From contig DUFS01000020.1 of NCBI GenBank assembly GCA_013331805.1, forward strand, positions 8,715 through 31,409: DNA of 22,695 bases. The letters run 5' to 3'. Every line of letters starts with the position of its first letter. Positions within the stretch are counted from its first letter, which is position 1. This document shows, in pieces, positions 1-8,005 of this stretch. The translations under genes were made by a program, and so were the position numbers. This stretch comes from Candidatus Micrarchaeota archaeon (GTDB lineage Archaea; Micrarchaeota; Micrarchaeia; Anstonellales; Anstonellaceae). The notes below the pieces were generated by a model. It was not told the origin of the DNA, ran no database searches, and worked only from the letters and a program-made list of their open reading frames with translations.

Positions 1-29
1 ATGAAAGCTGCACCGGCACCCAACTGGCA

Positions 30-44
30 AAAAACTTTTAAATT
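30..44 (+). promoter_or_regulatory. BRE/TATA-like promoter (AAAAACTTTTAAATT) upstream of tnpB; contains candidate TAM TTTAA (37-41)
   Basis: A-rich run followed by TTTTAAA about 30 nt before the ATG at 73; resembles other TATA boxes in the window. Confidence 0.6.
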
Positions 45-1214
45 AACAAATATGAAAATTGGAAGTGAAAATATGAGGATGTATCGTTTTCGACTCTATC
101 CTTCCAAGGCACAGGAGAAGCAGATGAATACAAACTTCTGGCTTGCAAAGAATCTGTGGAACGATCTGCTTGAGCATAGTAAAACCATCTATCAGAACTT
201 TGATAAATTTCCAACTAAATCCACCATTGCAGCCATGACAAAGGATTCTGGGCTGTATTCTCAGGTTGCGCAAGAGATAGGCTCCAGAGTTGAGAATGGC
301 ATCTGGCGCTATGTCAAACTAAGAAAATCAGGGAACGGGAAAGCTGGCTTTCCCCGCTTCAAGTCCATTGACAGGATGAAGAGCCTGGACTATCCGCAGT
401 TTGGTTTCTCCATTGGCAAGAAACTCAAAGTCACTCCGTTTGGTGAAATCTCAATTGTCCAGCACAGGGAGATAAAAGGGAAAATAAAGACCCTCACTCT
501 CAAGAAGGAAGCTTCTGGGAAGTGGTTTGCCTGCTTCGCTGTTGAGAAAACTCCAACAACCAGAGCCTCCAACGGCAAGCCAACAGTTGGAATTGATTTT
601 GGTCTGAAGACACCTGCAACCCTTTCAGATGGCAATGTAATTAAGAATCCGCGGCACATGAAAAAGCATGCTGACCGCCTTGCCAGGCTGCAGCAGTTTC
701 TCTCAAGAAAGAAGAAAGACAGCAAAAACCGAAGAGATGCAAAAAGAGAAGTTGCCATTGTCTATGAGAAGATTGCCAACACGAGGGCTGACTTCCTGCA
801 TAAGGCAACCATTTCACTAGTCAATTCATATTCCCTTATAGCAATGGAGAAACTTGCAAGTCAGGAGATGTCTGAGCAGAACTTTGGCAAGTCGATAAAT
901 GATGCCGGTTGGAGGATGTTTGCAAACATGCTGCGCTACAAGGCTGAGAGTGCCGGTTGCCAGGTCGTGTTTGTAAATCCAGAGAATACGACAAAAATGT
1001 GCAGCAAGTGCGGCGGCCTGCAGGGCATGCCGCTGGAAGTCAGGGTATATGAATGCCCTTGTGGCAATGTGATGAACCGGGACCTAAATGCTGCGCACAA
1101 CATACTCACAAGAGCTACCCAAGGACATTGGGGAAGTAACGCTTCTGGAGATGTTCAACAAGGAACATCATTGAAGGAAGAAGCCCACGCCCTTTAGGGA
1201 TGGGAGCATGTCAC
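42..1214 (+). mobile_element. IS200/IS605-superfamily non-autonomous element (IS1341-like, tnpB only)
   Basis: tnpB CDS plus right-end hairpin CCCACGCCC-TTTA-GGGATGGG (1184-1204) and terminal TCAC (1211-1214). The left boundary is inferred from TTTAA at 37-41 and is less certain. No tnpA within these bounds. Confidence 0.75.
73..1197 (+). CDS. tnpB: RNA-guided endonuclease TnpB
   Basis: N-terminal YRFRLYPSKAQ, GFPRFKS, RuvC-I VGIDFG, RuvC-II IAMEKL, Zn finger CSKC...CPC, RuvC-III RDLNAAHNIL. Start moved from 1 to ATG 73, where the family N-terminus begins. Confidence 0.96.
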   Translation: MRMYRFRLYPSKAQEKQMNTNFWLAKNLWNDLLEHSKTIYQNFDKFPTKSTIAAMTKDSGLYSQVAQEIGSRVENGIWRYVKLRKSGNGKAGFPRFKSIDRMKSLDYPQFGFSIGKKLKVTPFGEISIVQHREIKGKIKTLTLKKEASGKWFACFAVEKTPTTRASNGKPTVGIDFGLKTPATLSDGNVIKNPRHMKKHADRLARLQQFLSRKKKDSKNRRDAKREVAIVYEKIANTRADFLHKATISLVNSYSLIAMEKLASQEMSEQNFGKSINDAGWRMFANMLRYKAESAGCQVVFVNPENTTKMCSKCGGLQGMPLEVRVYECPCGNVMNRDLNAAHNILTRATQGHWGSNASGDVQQGTSLKEEAHAL

Positions 1215-1234
1215 GAAGCTTTGTTGGGGAATTT
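1110..1234 (+). ncRNA. putative TnpB omega-RNA (reRNA): scaffold overlapping the tnpB 3' end plus guide from 1215
   Basis: Stems: CCCAA/TTGGG (1118-1122/1128-1132), GCTTCT/AGAAGC (1141-1146/1179-1184), GATGTTC/GAACATC (1150-1156/1163-1169), terminal hairpin 1184-1204, TCAC. Exact RNA ends unknown. Confidence 0.72.
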
Positions 1235-1239
1235 TATCT

Positions 1240-1653
1240 ATGGAAAAGTCCTGCGGCGCTGTTGTATACAGGCTTGAGGCTGGAAAGAGACTCTATCTTC
1301 TCCTGCACTATGAGGAGGGGCATTGGGACTTCCCCAAGGGGCACGTTGAGGAAAACGAGAGCGAGGAGGAGACTGTGAGCCGGGAAGTCGAGGAGGAGAC
1401 GGGAATAATCGGACTCCGGCTGAATATAGCTTTCAAGGAAAAAATATCCTACTCGTTCAAGCGGGGAAGCGACATGGTGCCGAAAGAGGTCGTATTTTTC
1501 GTGGGGGAAACGCAACAGAAGGAGGTGCGGCTCTCACTTGAGCACGTTGGGTTTGTCTGGCTGCCTTACGAGTCTGCGCGAAAAAAGCTCACCTATAAAA
1601 ATGCAAAGGAACTGCTGCAAAAGGCGGAAGAGAACCTATCGCATAAGGCTTGA
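1240..1653 (+). CDS. Nudix hydrolase, Ap4A hydrolase (bis(5'-nucleosyl)-tetraphosphatase)-like
   Basis: EKSCGAVVY N-terminus, HWDFPKGHVEENESEEETVSREVEEETG Nudix box, LSLEH motif. Confidence 0.92.
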   Translation: MEKSCGAVVYRLEAGKRLYLLLHYEEGHWDFPKGHVEENESEEETVSREVEEETGIIGLRLNIAFKEKISYSFKRGSDMVPKEVVFFVGETQQKEVRLSLEHVGFVWLPYESARKKLTYKNAKELLQKAEENLSHKA

Positions 1654-2343
1654 AATCAGCTTATGAAGCGCCCTTGAACTGAAATCCCTCACGACCAGCG
1701 CTGCTTTTCCCCTGAGCGCATTTTTTGGGACTGTGGTGGTGAGCGCAATGCAAGACATTCCAGCTCTTTTTGCCGCCTCCACGCCTGCAAGGGAGTCCTC
1801 GAAAATTATGCATTCGGAAGGCTTTGCCTTGAGTTTTTCTGCGGCAAGCAAAAAAATGTCCGGAGAGGGCTTTCCGTGTTTGACGTCCTCCAGGCCCACG
1901 AATGGCATGCGTGCAAGCCCGATTGAGCGCAATGAGGCAGCTATGTGCGGCTTATGGCCGCCCGAGGCCACGGCAATGTGCACCTTATGCCTCTTCAGAA
2001 GTGCATAAATCGAATGAAATCCCTTTATTGTCGGAAGCCCCGCCGACTCTACGTATTCCTGGTATAGCGCAGCTCTTTTTTTCACCCATTTTTTCACGTC
2101 TTCCTTGATGCCATTTCTCAAAAAGACGTCTTTCATTATGGCGTAGGATCCTATTCCGGTGTAATTCCTTTTCCAGAAGCTTGACTTAATGCGGATCCCA
2201 AAGCCTGAAAGTGCCTGGTTGAAGGTAAAAAGATGGGCTTTCTCGCTGTCCACCATCACGCCATCAAGGTCAAAGATGGCTGCCTTGAATCTTTTCAATG
2301 AAGTCAGTTGTACGGGCATGCTTGCAACCTTAGGATGCTGCAC
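1636..2343 (-). CDS. HAD-superfamily phosphatase (beta-phosphoglucomutase/CbbY-like)
   Basis: Motif I IFDLDGVMVDS, motif II VASG, GKPSPDIF, FEDSLAGVEAAKRAGM. Start could be ATG 2319. Confidence 0.92.
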   Translation of the reverse strand: MQHPKVASMPVQLTSLKRFKAAIFDLDGVMVDSEKAHLFTFNQALSGFGIRIKSSFWKRNYTGIGSYAIMKDVFLRNGIKEDVKKWVKKRAALYQEYVESAGLPTIKGFHSIYALLKRHKVHIAVASGGHKPHIAASLRSIGLARMPFVGLEDVKHGKPSPDIFLLAAEKLKAKPSECIIFEDSLAGVEAAKRAGMSCIALTTTVPKNALRGKAALVVRDFSSRALHKLISSLMR

Positions 2344-3274
2344 CGGCAGGGCAATCGACGGAGGAACGGGCGGTTTCCAAATTTCGCATCATCAGCGCTT
2401 CAAGCTGCAATCCTCGCTTGAGAATGTCCTCTTCCAGTGAGGCCAGCTTTTCCTTTTCGTTGGCCGTGGCCCTTGGCCCCAGTTCTTTCAGCTTTGCCCG
2501 TTCCTTTTTCACCTGCCCTGCCGATGAATGCAACGTTGCAGCCCTTGCAAGAATATGTATTGGCGCTGATGGCATGTCTGGCGAAACGCTGAACGACAGA
2601 AAGAACGAGAGCTCGGTTCCGGTCTGCTGGTCAATATCTCCTTGATCTTCATCCATCCCGTCTGAGGACGAGATCATGCTGCGCCGCAGAGCTGAGGACA
2701 GCATCTTTTCCACATACAGGTCGCGCAGCCTCCTATGCGGCATTTTGGACTGCAGCAGGAGCTGCTGCAGCAAGTAATCGGGCAAACGCCCGAATTCGGA
2801 TGCCGCTGCTTTTGCCACCATGCTTCCGATCTTTTTTTGCAGAGAGGATATTTCGTGCAGGCGGAAATCCGAATAGCAGCCGTCAATCTCGCCTGCCACT
2901 GAATTCGAAAGGTCTGAGCAGCACGAAACCACAGTTATGCGGATTTCGATTCCGTCAAGCGAAGAGGAAAGCTGCATGTTGCGCAGGTCAAGGTAGGCGC
3001 GCTTGCCGCTTGGAAGCCGGATGAATGGCATGCCTTCCTTCTCTTCCCCTTTCCTCTTAACGAAAAAATGGAACCACTCAGAATTGATTCCGTCAACCGA
3101 CACTATCTGCTCACCGAATTCTGTCGGCTTTGTCTTGATGTCCGCGGCCTTCTTGAGCGCGTCGATTGCCGGCTCGCCGTCCAGGAAAGGCACGAACTTC
3201 CTGGATATGACCCTGCCTGACCTGTCGCTGAGGGAGAAGACCGCCGTCCCTGCTTTTTTTGAAGCAACTTTCAC
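2330..3274 (-). CDS. hypothetical protein with N-terminal DUF4430/beta-grasp-like segment
   Basis: 314-aa ORF with GTG start, upstream GGTG and TTTATAA. DALKKAADIKTKPTEFGEQIVSVDGI...WFHFFV resembles the DUF4430 pattern (by eye). Confidence 0.65.
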   Translation of the reverse strand: MKVASKKAGTAVFSLSDRSGRVISRKFVPFLDGEPAIDALKKAADIKTKPTEFGEQIVSVDGINSEWFHFFVKRKGEEKEGMPFIRLPSGKRAYLDLRNMQLSSSLDGIEIRITVVSCCSDLSNSVAGEIDGCYSDFRLHEISSLQKKIGSMVAKAAASEFGRLPDYLLQQLLLQSKMPHRRLRDLYVEKMLSSALRRSMISSSDGMDEDQGDIDQQTGTELSFFLSFSVSPDMPSAPIHILARAATLHSSAGQVKKERAKLKELGPRATANEKEKLASLEEDILKRGLQLEALMMRNLETARSSVDCPAGAAS

Positions 3275-3337
3275 CGCACCACCAGAAGGAAAGACGGGTG
3301 CGAAGGGAAATTATAAAAACCAGGAAGAATGGGAGTT

Positions 3338-3913
3338 TTAGTAGTCCACCCCTGCCCTTGAAAGGATTCCCTTGTCAAACGGGTGCTTTACCTTGCCGAC
3401 ATAAGTGACGTAGTCGGATGCCTCCTCGATTCCCTTGGTTGCGCCCCTGCCAGTCAGGACCAGTTCGCAGTTGCGGGACTTGCCTTCAATGAGACCGAGA
3501 AGCTCCTTTTCGCTGACAAGCTTTTCCAAAATTGCCCAGAATATTTCGTCGAGTATTACCAGGTCATATTCTCCTGAAGAGGTAAGCGACTTTGCCTTCC
3601 CGAATGCATCCTTGGTAAGCAGCTTGTCCTGCTCGTTTATCACAAAGCAGTCCTTGCAGAATATTGCAAATCCTTTCTCTGCAAGCTGTTGCTCGTGCTT
3701 TTGCTGGTTTGGGCAGTGCTTGGTGCCTGTGATTACCTCCACCCCTAGCTTGCGAAGAGAGGGAAGCTCGCCTGAAAGCCCACCTTTCAGGAACTGTATG
3801 AAGGCAACGCGAAGACCCCTGCCTGACGCACGCACGGCTATGCCCACTGCAGAAGTGGTCTTGCCATTGCCATCGCCGGTAAGTACGTGCACCAGCCCGT
3901 GGTCCCGCTGCAT
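3338..3913 (-). CDS. cobO: cob(I)alamin adenosyltransferase, CobO/BtuR/CobA type
   Basis: GLVHVLTGDGNGKTTSAVG, FIQFLKG, YDLVILDEI, ELVLTGR, KHPFDKGI..RAGVDY. Start trimmed to ATG 3913 because the longer ORF overlaps the radical SAM gene. Confidence 0.92.
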   Translation of the reverse strand: MQRDHGLVHVLTGDGNGKTTSAVGIAVRASGRGLRVAFIQFLKGGLSGELPSLRKLGVEVITGTKHCPNQQKHEQQLAEKGFAIFCKDCFVINEQDKLLTKDAFGKAKSLTSSGEYDLVILDEIFWAILEKLVSEKELLGLIEGKSRNCELVLTGRGATKGIEEASDYVTYVGKVKHPFDKGILSRAGVDY

Positions 3914-3964
3914 GGATGGAAATTTGTAGAAAAGGCTATTTACTCCTTTGCCCCAAATCCCATC

Positions 3965-4990
3965 ATGCGAGAAGCCGAACTTTGGAAGAGCATGCCCGAT
4001 GGGGCGGTGTCCTGCTTTTTGTGCCAGAGAAGATGCTACCTGAAGGAAGGAGAGGTTGGATTTTGCCATGTTCGGCAGAATGTGAAGGGAAAGCTCCTCA
4101 CCTTGAACTATGGCAGGTGCGTCTCCCATGCAGTTGACCCAATAGAAAAAAAGCCCTTCTACCACTTCATGCCTGGCTCGCGGGCATTCTCATTTGCGGC
4201 GCCGGGCTGCAATTTCCGCTGCGAGCACTGCCAGAATTGGGAGATCTCCCAGCCAGCGAAAATATTCGGGCAGGATATTCCCCCTGAACAATTGGTCGGC
4301 ATGGCGTTGCGCACTGCATCTAATGGAATCGCCTATACCTACACCGAGCCCACCATTTTTTTCGAATACGCAAAGGATACCGCAGTGCTCGCCAGGAAAA
4401 AAGGGCTGTACAACGTATTTGTGAGCAATGGCTACATGACCCCTGAGGCAATCAAAGAAATGGGCTTTTTGGATGCTGCCAGGCTCGACTTGAAGGCATT
4501 TGATGACAAATTCTACAAGAAAATTTGTGGCGAAGCGCACCTTGAGCCTGTGCTGCAGTCAATCAAGCTCCTGCACAGGAAAATGCACATTGAGATAATC
4601 ACGCTTCTGATACCAACGCTGAACGATTCTGACGACGAAATTCGCGCACTTTCAATATGGGTAAGGGAACTGGATGCGAAAATTCCACTGCATTTCACCG
4701 GCTATTACCCTGCAAACCGCATGACATTGCCGCCCACGCCCGTAGAGGCGCTTTCCCGCGCGAGGAAAATTGCATTAGAGGAGGGGTTGCAATATGTTTA
4801 CACAGGGAACCGCCCTGGCGAGGAAGGGGAAAGCACCTTTTGCCCCAAATGCAAGGAAAAAGTGATTGAAAGGTTTGGGATGGAAATGGTGAGTAATCGG
4901 CTTATTGACGGGGATAGGTGCCCGGAATGCGGCACAAGATTGCCAATAATTTTCGATTGGAAGGAACTGAACGAAAAGAAAGAAGCCTAA
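3965..4990 (+). CDS. amrS: AmmeMemoRadiSam-system radical SAM enzyme (PFL-activase-like)
   Basis: CFLCQRRC...GFCHVR, VDPIEKKPFYHF, GCNFRCEHCQNWEISQ (CxxxCxxC), YTYTEP, C-terminal CPKC/CPEC. Start at ATG 3965. Confidence 0.92.
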   Translation: MREAELWKSMPDGAVSCFLCQRRCYLKEGEVGFCHVRQNVKGKLLTLNYGRCVSHAVDPIEKKPFYHFMPGSRAFSFAAPGCNFRCEHCQNWEISQPAKIFGQDIPPEQLVGMALRTASNGIAYTYTEPTIFFEYAKDTAVLARKKGLYNVFVSNGYMTPEAIKEMGFLDAARLDLKAFDDKFYKKICGEAHLEPVLQSIKLLHRKMHIEIITLLIPTLNDSDDEIRALSIWVRELDAKIPLHFTGYYPANRMTLPPTPVEALSRARKIALEEGLQYVYTGNRPGEEGESTFCPKCKEKVIERFGMEMVSNRLIDGDRCPECGTRLPIIFDWKELNEKKEA

Positions 4991-6330
4991 AGCACTCCAA
5001 GCGCCTTCATGTGATCCACCCTTCTTTTCACGAGCGCGTCGGTGCCTATGTCCTTCCTGTGCCAGACCTTGCCTATTACCGAACCGCAGGCGCCTTCGGC
5101 AATCCGCTCTGCGTCGGAAATGGTGTCAGCCATGCCCACCAATGCTATGGAGCGCGAGCTTTGCGTGTAAATTATGCCGTCCTCCTCGTAGACTGCAGCA
5201 TAGTATGCCTTTGCTCCAAACGAGCCTATTGCCTGCGAATTGATCTGCAGCGGCTGGTTGGTGAGCGCTTTTCCAGGGTAGCCTTCTGGCGCCAGGTACT
5301 TGCAGACAGTCGCCTTTTTCTCAAATAAGGGGCTTTTCCCGATTTTTCCCGCTGCCATCTGCGAAAGGATTTCCGCCAGGTCGTCCTTAAGCAGAGCAAG
5401 AACATTCATTGACTCGGGATCGCCGAAGCGCGCGTTGTACTCCAGAAGCTTGGGCCCCTCGCGCGTGAGCATGAAGCCCCCGTAAAGGATTCCCACGAAC
5501 TTGTTTCCTGTTTTTTTCCTGAAAGCCTCGATCGTCTTTTGCATGATTCCCAGGGCTTCCTCGTAATGCTTTTGCCTGGTAAAGGGAAGCAGGTTGCCTG
5601 TTCCTGAGTAGGATCCCATGCCTCCTGTGTTCGGCCCCACGTCATTTTCATATGCCCGCTTGTGGTCCTGCACCATGGGCATGCCGTGCACTTTGCTCCC
5701 GTCGGAAAATGCCTGCAGCGAAAACTCCTCGCCTTCAAGCTTCTCCTCCACCACTATGCTGTTCAAGCCGCCGTGCCTGGTTGCAAGAAGGTCCCGGGAA
5801 TACTCCTTTGCCTCTGCGCCGTCCTTGAGCTGGTATCCCACCACCTTCACGCCCTTGCCGCCGGTGAGCCCGGCTGGCTTGACTGCCACGCTCCCCTGCA
5901 GGGAATCTATGAACTGCGAGGCCTCTTGCGCGTTTTCGAATATGCCGAATGCGGGTGAGCCTGGCACCTTGTAGTCGCGAAGCAGGTCCCTGCAGTATGA
6001 CTTGTCCCACTCCAGCCTGGCTGCCTCCAGGGTCGGCGAGGCGCATAAAATGCCCTGTGCCTGCAGGGCATCTGTTATGCCTGCGGCAAGGACTGCGTCA
6101 GGCGAGGGGAACGCAAGGGTGATGCCATACTGCTTTGCGAAGGAGACAACCTGGCTGGAAGAATGTATGTCGCCTATCCCGTATTTGCCGTCCGACTCCC
6201 TGGCAAGCCTGGCTATGCCCGGGTTGTTCGCAGACATGAAGGCGAACAAGCGGGCATTGCCCCCCCTGCAAACTGCCTCAGCAATGGAATGCTCGCGCGC
6301 GCCGTTGCCAACAAGAAGGAAGTTCTCCAT
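4987..6330 (-). CDS. purD: phosphoribosylamine-glycine ligase
   Basis: VGNGAREH, GLTGGKGV, QDHKRAYENDVGPNTGGMGSYS, EYNARFGDPE; GGAGTGG upstream of ATG 6330. Confidence 0.97.
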   Translation of the reverse strand: MENFLLVGNGAREHSIAEAVCRGGNARLFAFMSANNPGIARLARESDGKYGIGDIHSSSQVVSFAKQYGITLAFPSPDAVLAAGITDALQAQGILCASPTLEAARLEWDKSYCRDLLRDYKVPGSPAFGIFENAQEASQFIDSLQGSVAVKPAGLTGGKGVKVVGYQLKDGAEAKEYSRDLLATRHGGLNSIVVEEKLEGEEFSLQAFSDGSKVHGMPMVQDHKRAYENDVGPNTGGMGSYSGTGNLLPFTRQKHYEEALGIMQKTIEAFRKKTGNKFVGILYGGFMLTREGPKLLEYNARFGDPESMNVLALLKDDLAEILSQMAAGKIGKSPLFEKKATVCKYLAPEGYPGKALTNQPLQINSQAIGSFGAKAYYAAVYEEDGIIYTQSSRSIALVGMADTISDAERIAEGACGSVIGKVWHRKDIGTDALVKRRVDHMKALGVL

Positions 6331-6416
6331 ATGAACCACTCCGGGATCAGTGACGTATTTTTCCGGGCAGCATTTATAACTTTTCTATCAGCACTTCCAT
6401 CCATAAGGTGGTTAGA

Positions 6417-7373
6417 ATGGCTAAGGCGCTGGTCATCGGGGCAGTGGGCCAGATCGGGAGCGAGCTCACTTTGGCGCTCCGGAAAAAATACGGCGGCAAC
6501 AACGTGGTCGCAGCAACCAGGAAGAGCGAATTCCCCCCTGAAATCGCTGCCAGCGGACCCTGCGAATACCTTGACGTGGCTGACAAGGCGAAAATGAAAC
6601 TCTCCATGCAAAGGCACGGAATAGACACGATATACCAGCTTGCCGCGCTGCTTTCGGCAACTGGCGAAAAAAATCCCGATCTTGCGTTTGAAATCAACCT
6701 GCTTGGCTTGAAAAATACGCTGGACGCGGCTCGTGAAAGCGGGGTGAAAAGGGTATTCTGGCCATCGTCCATCGCAGCCTTTGGCCCTACCACGCCGCGC
6801 GAAAACACTCCCCAGAGAACGGTGCTTGAGCCATCCACCATGTATGGCGTGACCAAGGTGTCAGGCGAGCTTTTGTGCCAGTATTACTTTCTCAGGTACG
6901 GACTGGACATACGTTCGGTCAGATACCCTGGGCTGGTTTCATGGAAAGCCGAGCCCGGGGGAGGCACCACCGACTATTCGGTTGCCATTTTTTACGAAGC
7001 TATAAGGAACAAGACATACAAGTGCTTTGTCGGCCCGGATACCGTGCTTCCCATGATGTACATGCCTGATGCGATCAGGGGCACGATCGAGCTGATGGAG
7101 GCTCCTGCTGAGAAAATCAGCGTCAGGACGAGCTACAACCTTGCTGCCATGAGCTTTTCTGCAAGGGAATTGGCTGAAGAGGTTGCCAGGCTGGTCCCGG
7201 ATTTTTCCTGCACATACGAACCAGACTCCAGGCAGAAAATTGCGGATTCCTGGCCAAAGTCGATCGACGACTCACAGGCAAGGCGCGACTGGGGCTGGGC
7301 GTCTAAGTACGATTTGAGGAAGATGTCTGAGGACATGGTCAGCAATTTAAGGCTGAAGCTTCTTGGGAAATAA
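6417..7373 (+). CDS. NAD-dependent epimerase/dehydratase family, SDR-type L-threonine 3-dehydrogenase
   Basis: GAVGQIG Rossmann motif, LSATGE, PSSIAAFG, YGVTK, GGGTTDY, RQKIADSWP; RBS AAGGTGG. Confidence 0.88.
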   Translation: MAKALVIGAVGQIGSELTLALRKKYGGNNVVAATRKSEFPPEIAASGPCEYLDVADKAKMKLSMQRHGIDTIYQLAALLSATGEKNPDLAFEINLLGLKNTLDAARESGVKRVFWPSSIAAFGPTTPRENTPQRTVLEPSTMYGVTKVSGELLCQYYFLRYGLDIRSVRYPGLVSWKAEPGGGTTDYSVAIFYEAIRNKTYKCFVGPDTVLPMMYMPDAIRGTIELMEAPAEKISVRTSYNLAAMSFSARELAEEVARLVPDFSCTYEPDSRQKIADSWPKSIDDSQARRDWGWASKYDLRKMSEDMVSNLRLKLLGK

Positions 7374-7397
7374 AAAAGGGAAAGAAAAGAAAAAAAG
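7372..7397 (-). terminator. oligo-T tract between convergent genes, probable archaeal terminator of the DUF350 gene
   Basis: Minus strand reads CTTTTTTTCTTTTCTTTCCCTTTTTT just after the stop at 7408. Confidence 0.5.
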
Positions 7398-7407
7398 CAA
7401 GTCGCTC

Positions 7408-7941
7408 TCAAGCCCAGCCAATTGCGGCTGCCACGCTTTGCGGCGAAACTGCGTTTGATATTCCGGCAACCGCGCCCCTGATCACAAAGGAGACTGCGAT
7501 GAGGACCGCGGCCATCATTATTGCGACAGCAACATTGCCTTTGCGAAGCTCCTTGAACTCGTCTATCCCTACTGTTATCTTGTCCAGCATGTTGACCGCT
7601 ATGTAGATCGAGAAGATCGAGAACACCACCCCGATTGCCAGGTTCACAAGGCCTATGAAGAGAGCCGCTACGGTCTCCAAGTAGGAAAGGCCGGAGTTGA
7701 AGACCCCGGTAAGTCCGGACACGCCCCCTTCCATGATGTTTGCAATAGACAGGATAATTGCGCCCAGGAGAATGGCTATTGCGACGTTGCCTTTCTTGAG
7801 CTCTGCCATCTCGTTGGTGCCCTCTGTCAGTCGGTCAAACATCTTCAGCCCCAGATAGACTGATCCCATGGCAAGCGCCAGGCCCACTATGAGCTGGATG
7901 ATCGCGATTCCCAAACCTAGAAGTATGTTTTCAATTCCCAT
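7408..7941 (-). CDS. membrane protein with two DUF350 repeats
   Basis: Hydrophobic; repeated FDRLTEGTNEMAELKKGNVAIAI / LDKITVGIDEFKELRKGNVAVAI; RBS GAGGTGA. Confidence 0.85.
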   Translation of the reverse strand: MGIENILLGLGIAIIQLIVGLALAMGSVYLGLKMFDRLTEGTNEMAELKKGNVAIAILLGAIILSIANIMEGGVSGLTGVFNSGLSYLETVAALFIGLVNLAIGVVFSIFSIYIAVNMLDKITVGIDEFKELRKGNVAVAIMMAAVLIAVSFVIRGAVAGISNAVSPQSVAAAIGWA

Positions 7942-8005
7942 TTCTTCACCTCAGAAGGCGATTGGCAGGCAAGTAATAAAAAGGTTTTTCGACGGATAGG
8001 CAAGT

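Noticed and set aside
1..72. 24-codon N-terminal extension of TnpB in the ORF track
   Set aside because: It runs through the TATA-like element, and the family N-terminus begins at ATG 73
73..1240. Cas12f/CRISPR interpretation, or a nuclease-dead TldR regulator
   Set aside because: No repeat-spacer array or cas genes are visible, the 3' end is a typical IS200/IS605 right end, and the RuvC D-E-D triad is intact
3887..4165. Apparent 279-nt head-to-head overlap of cobO and the radical SAM gene
   Set aside because: Artefact of longest-ORF starts; starts at 3913 and 3965 leave a 51-nt promoter gap
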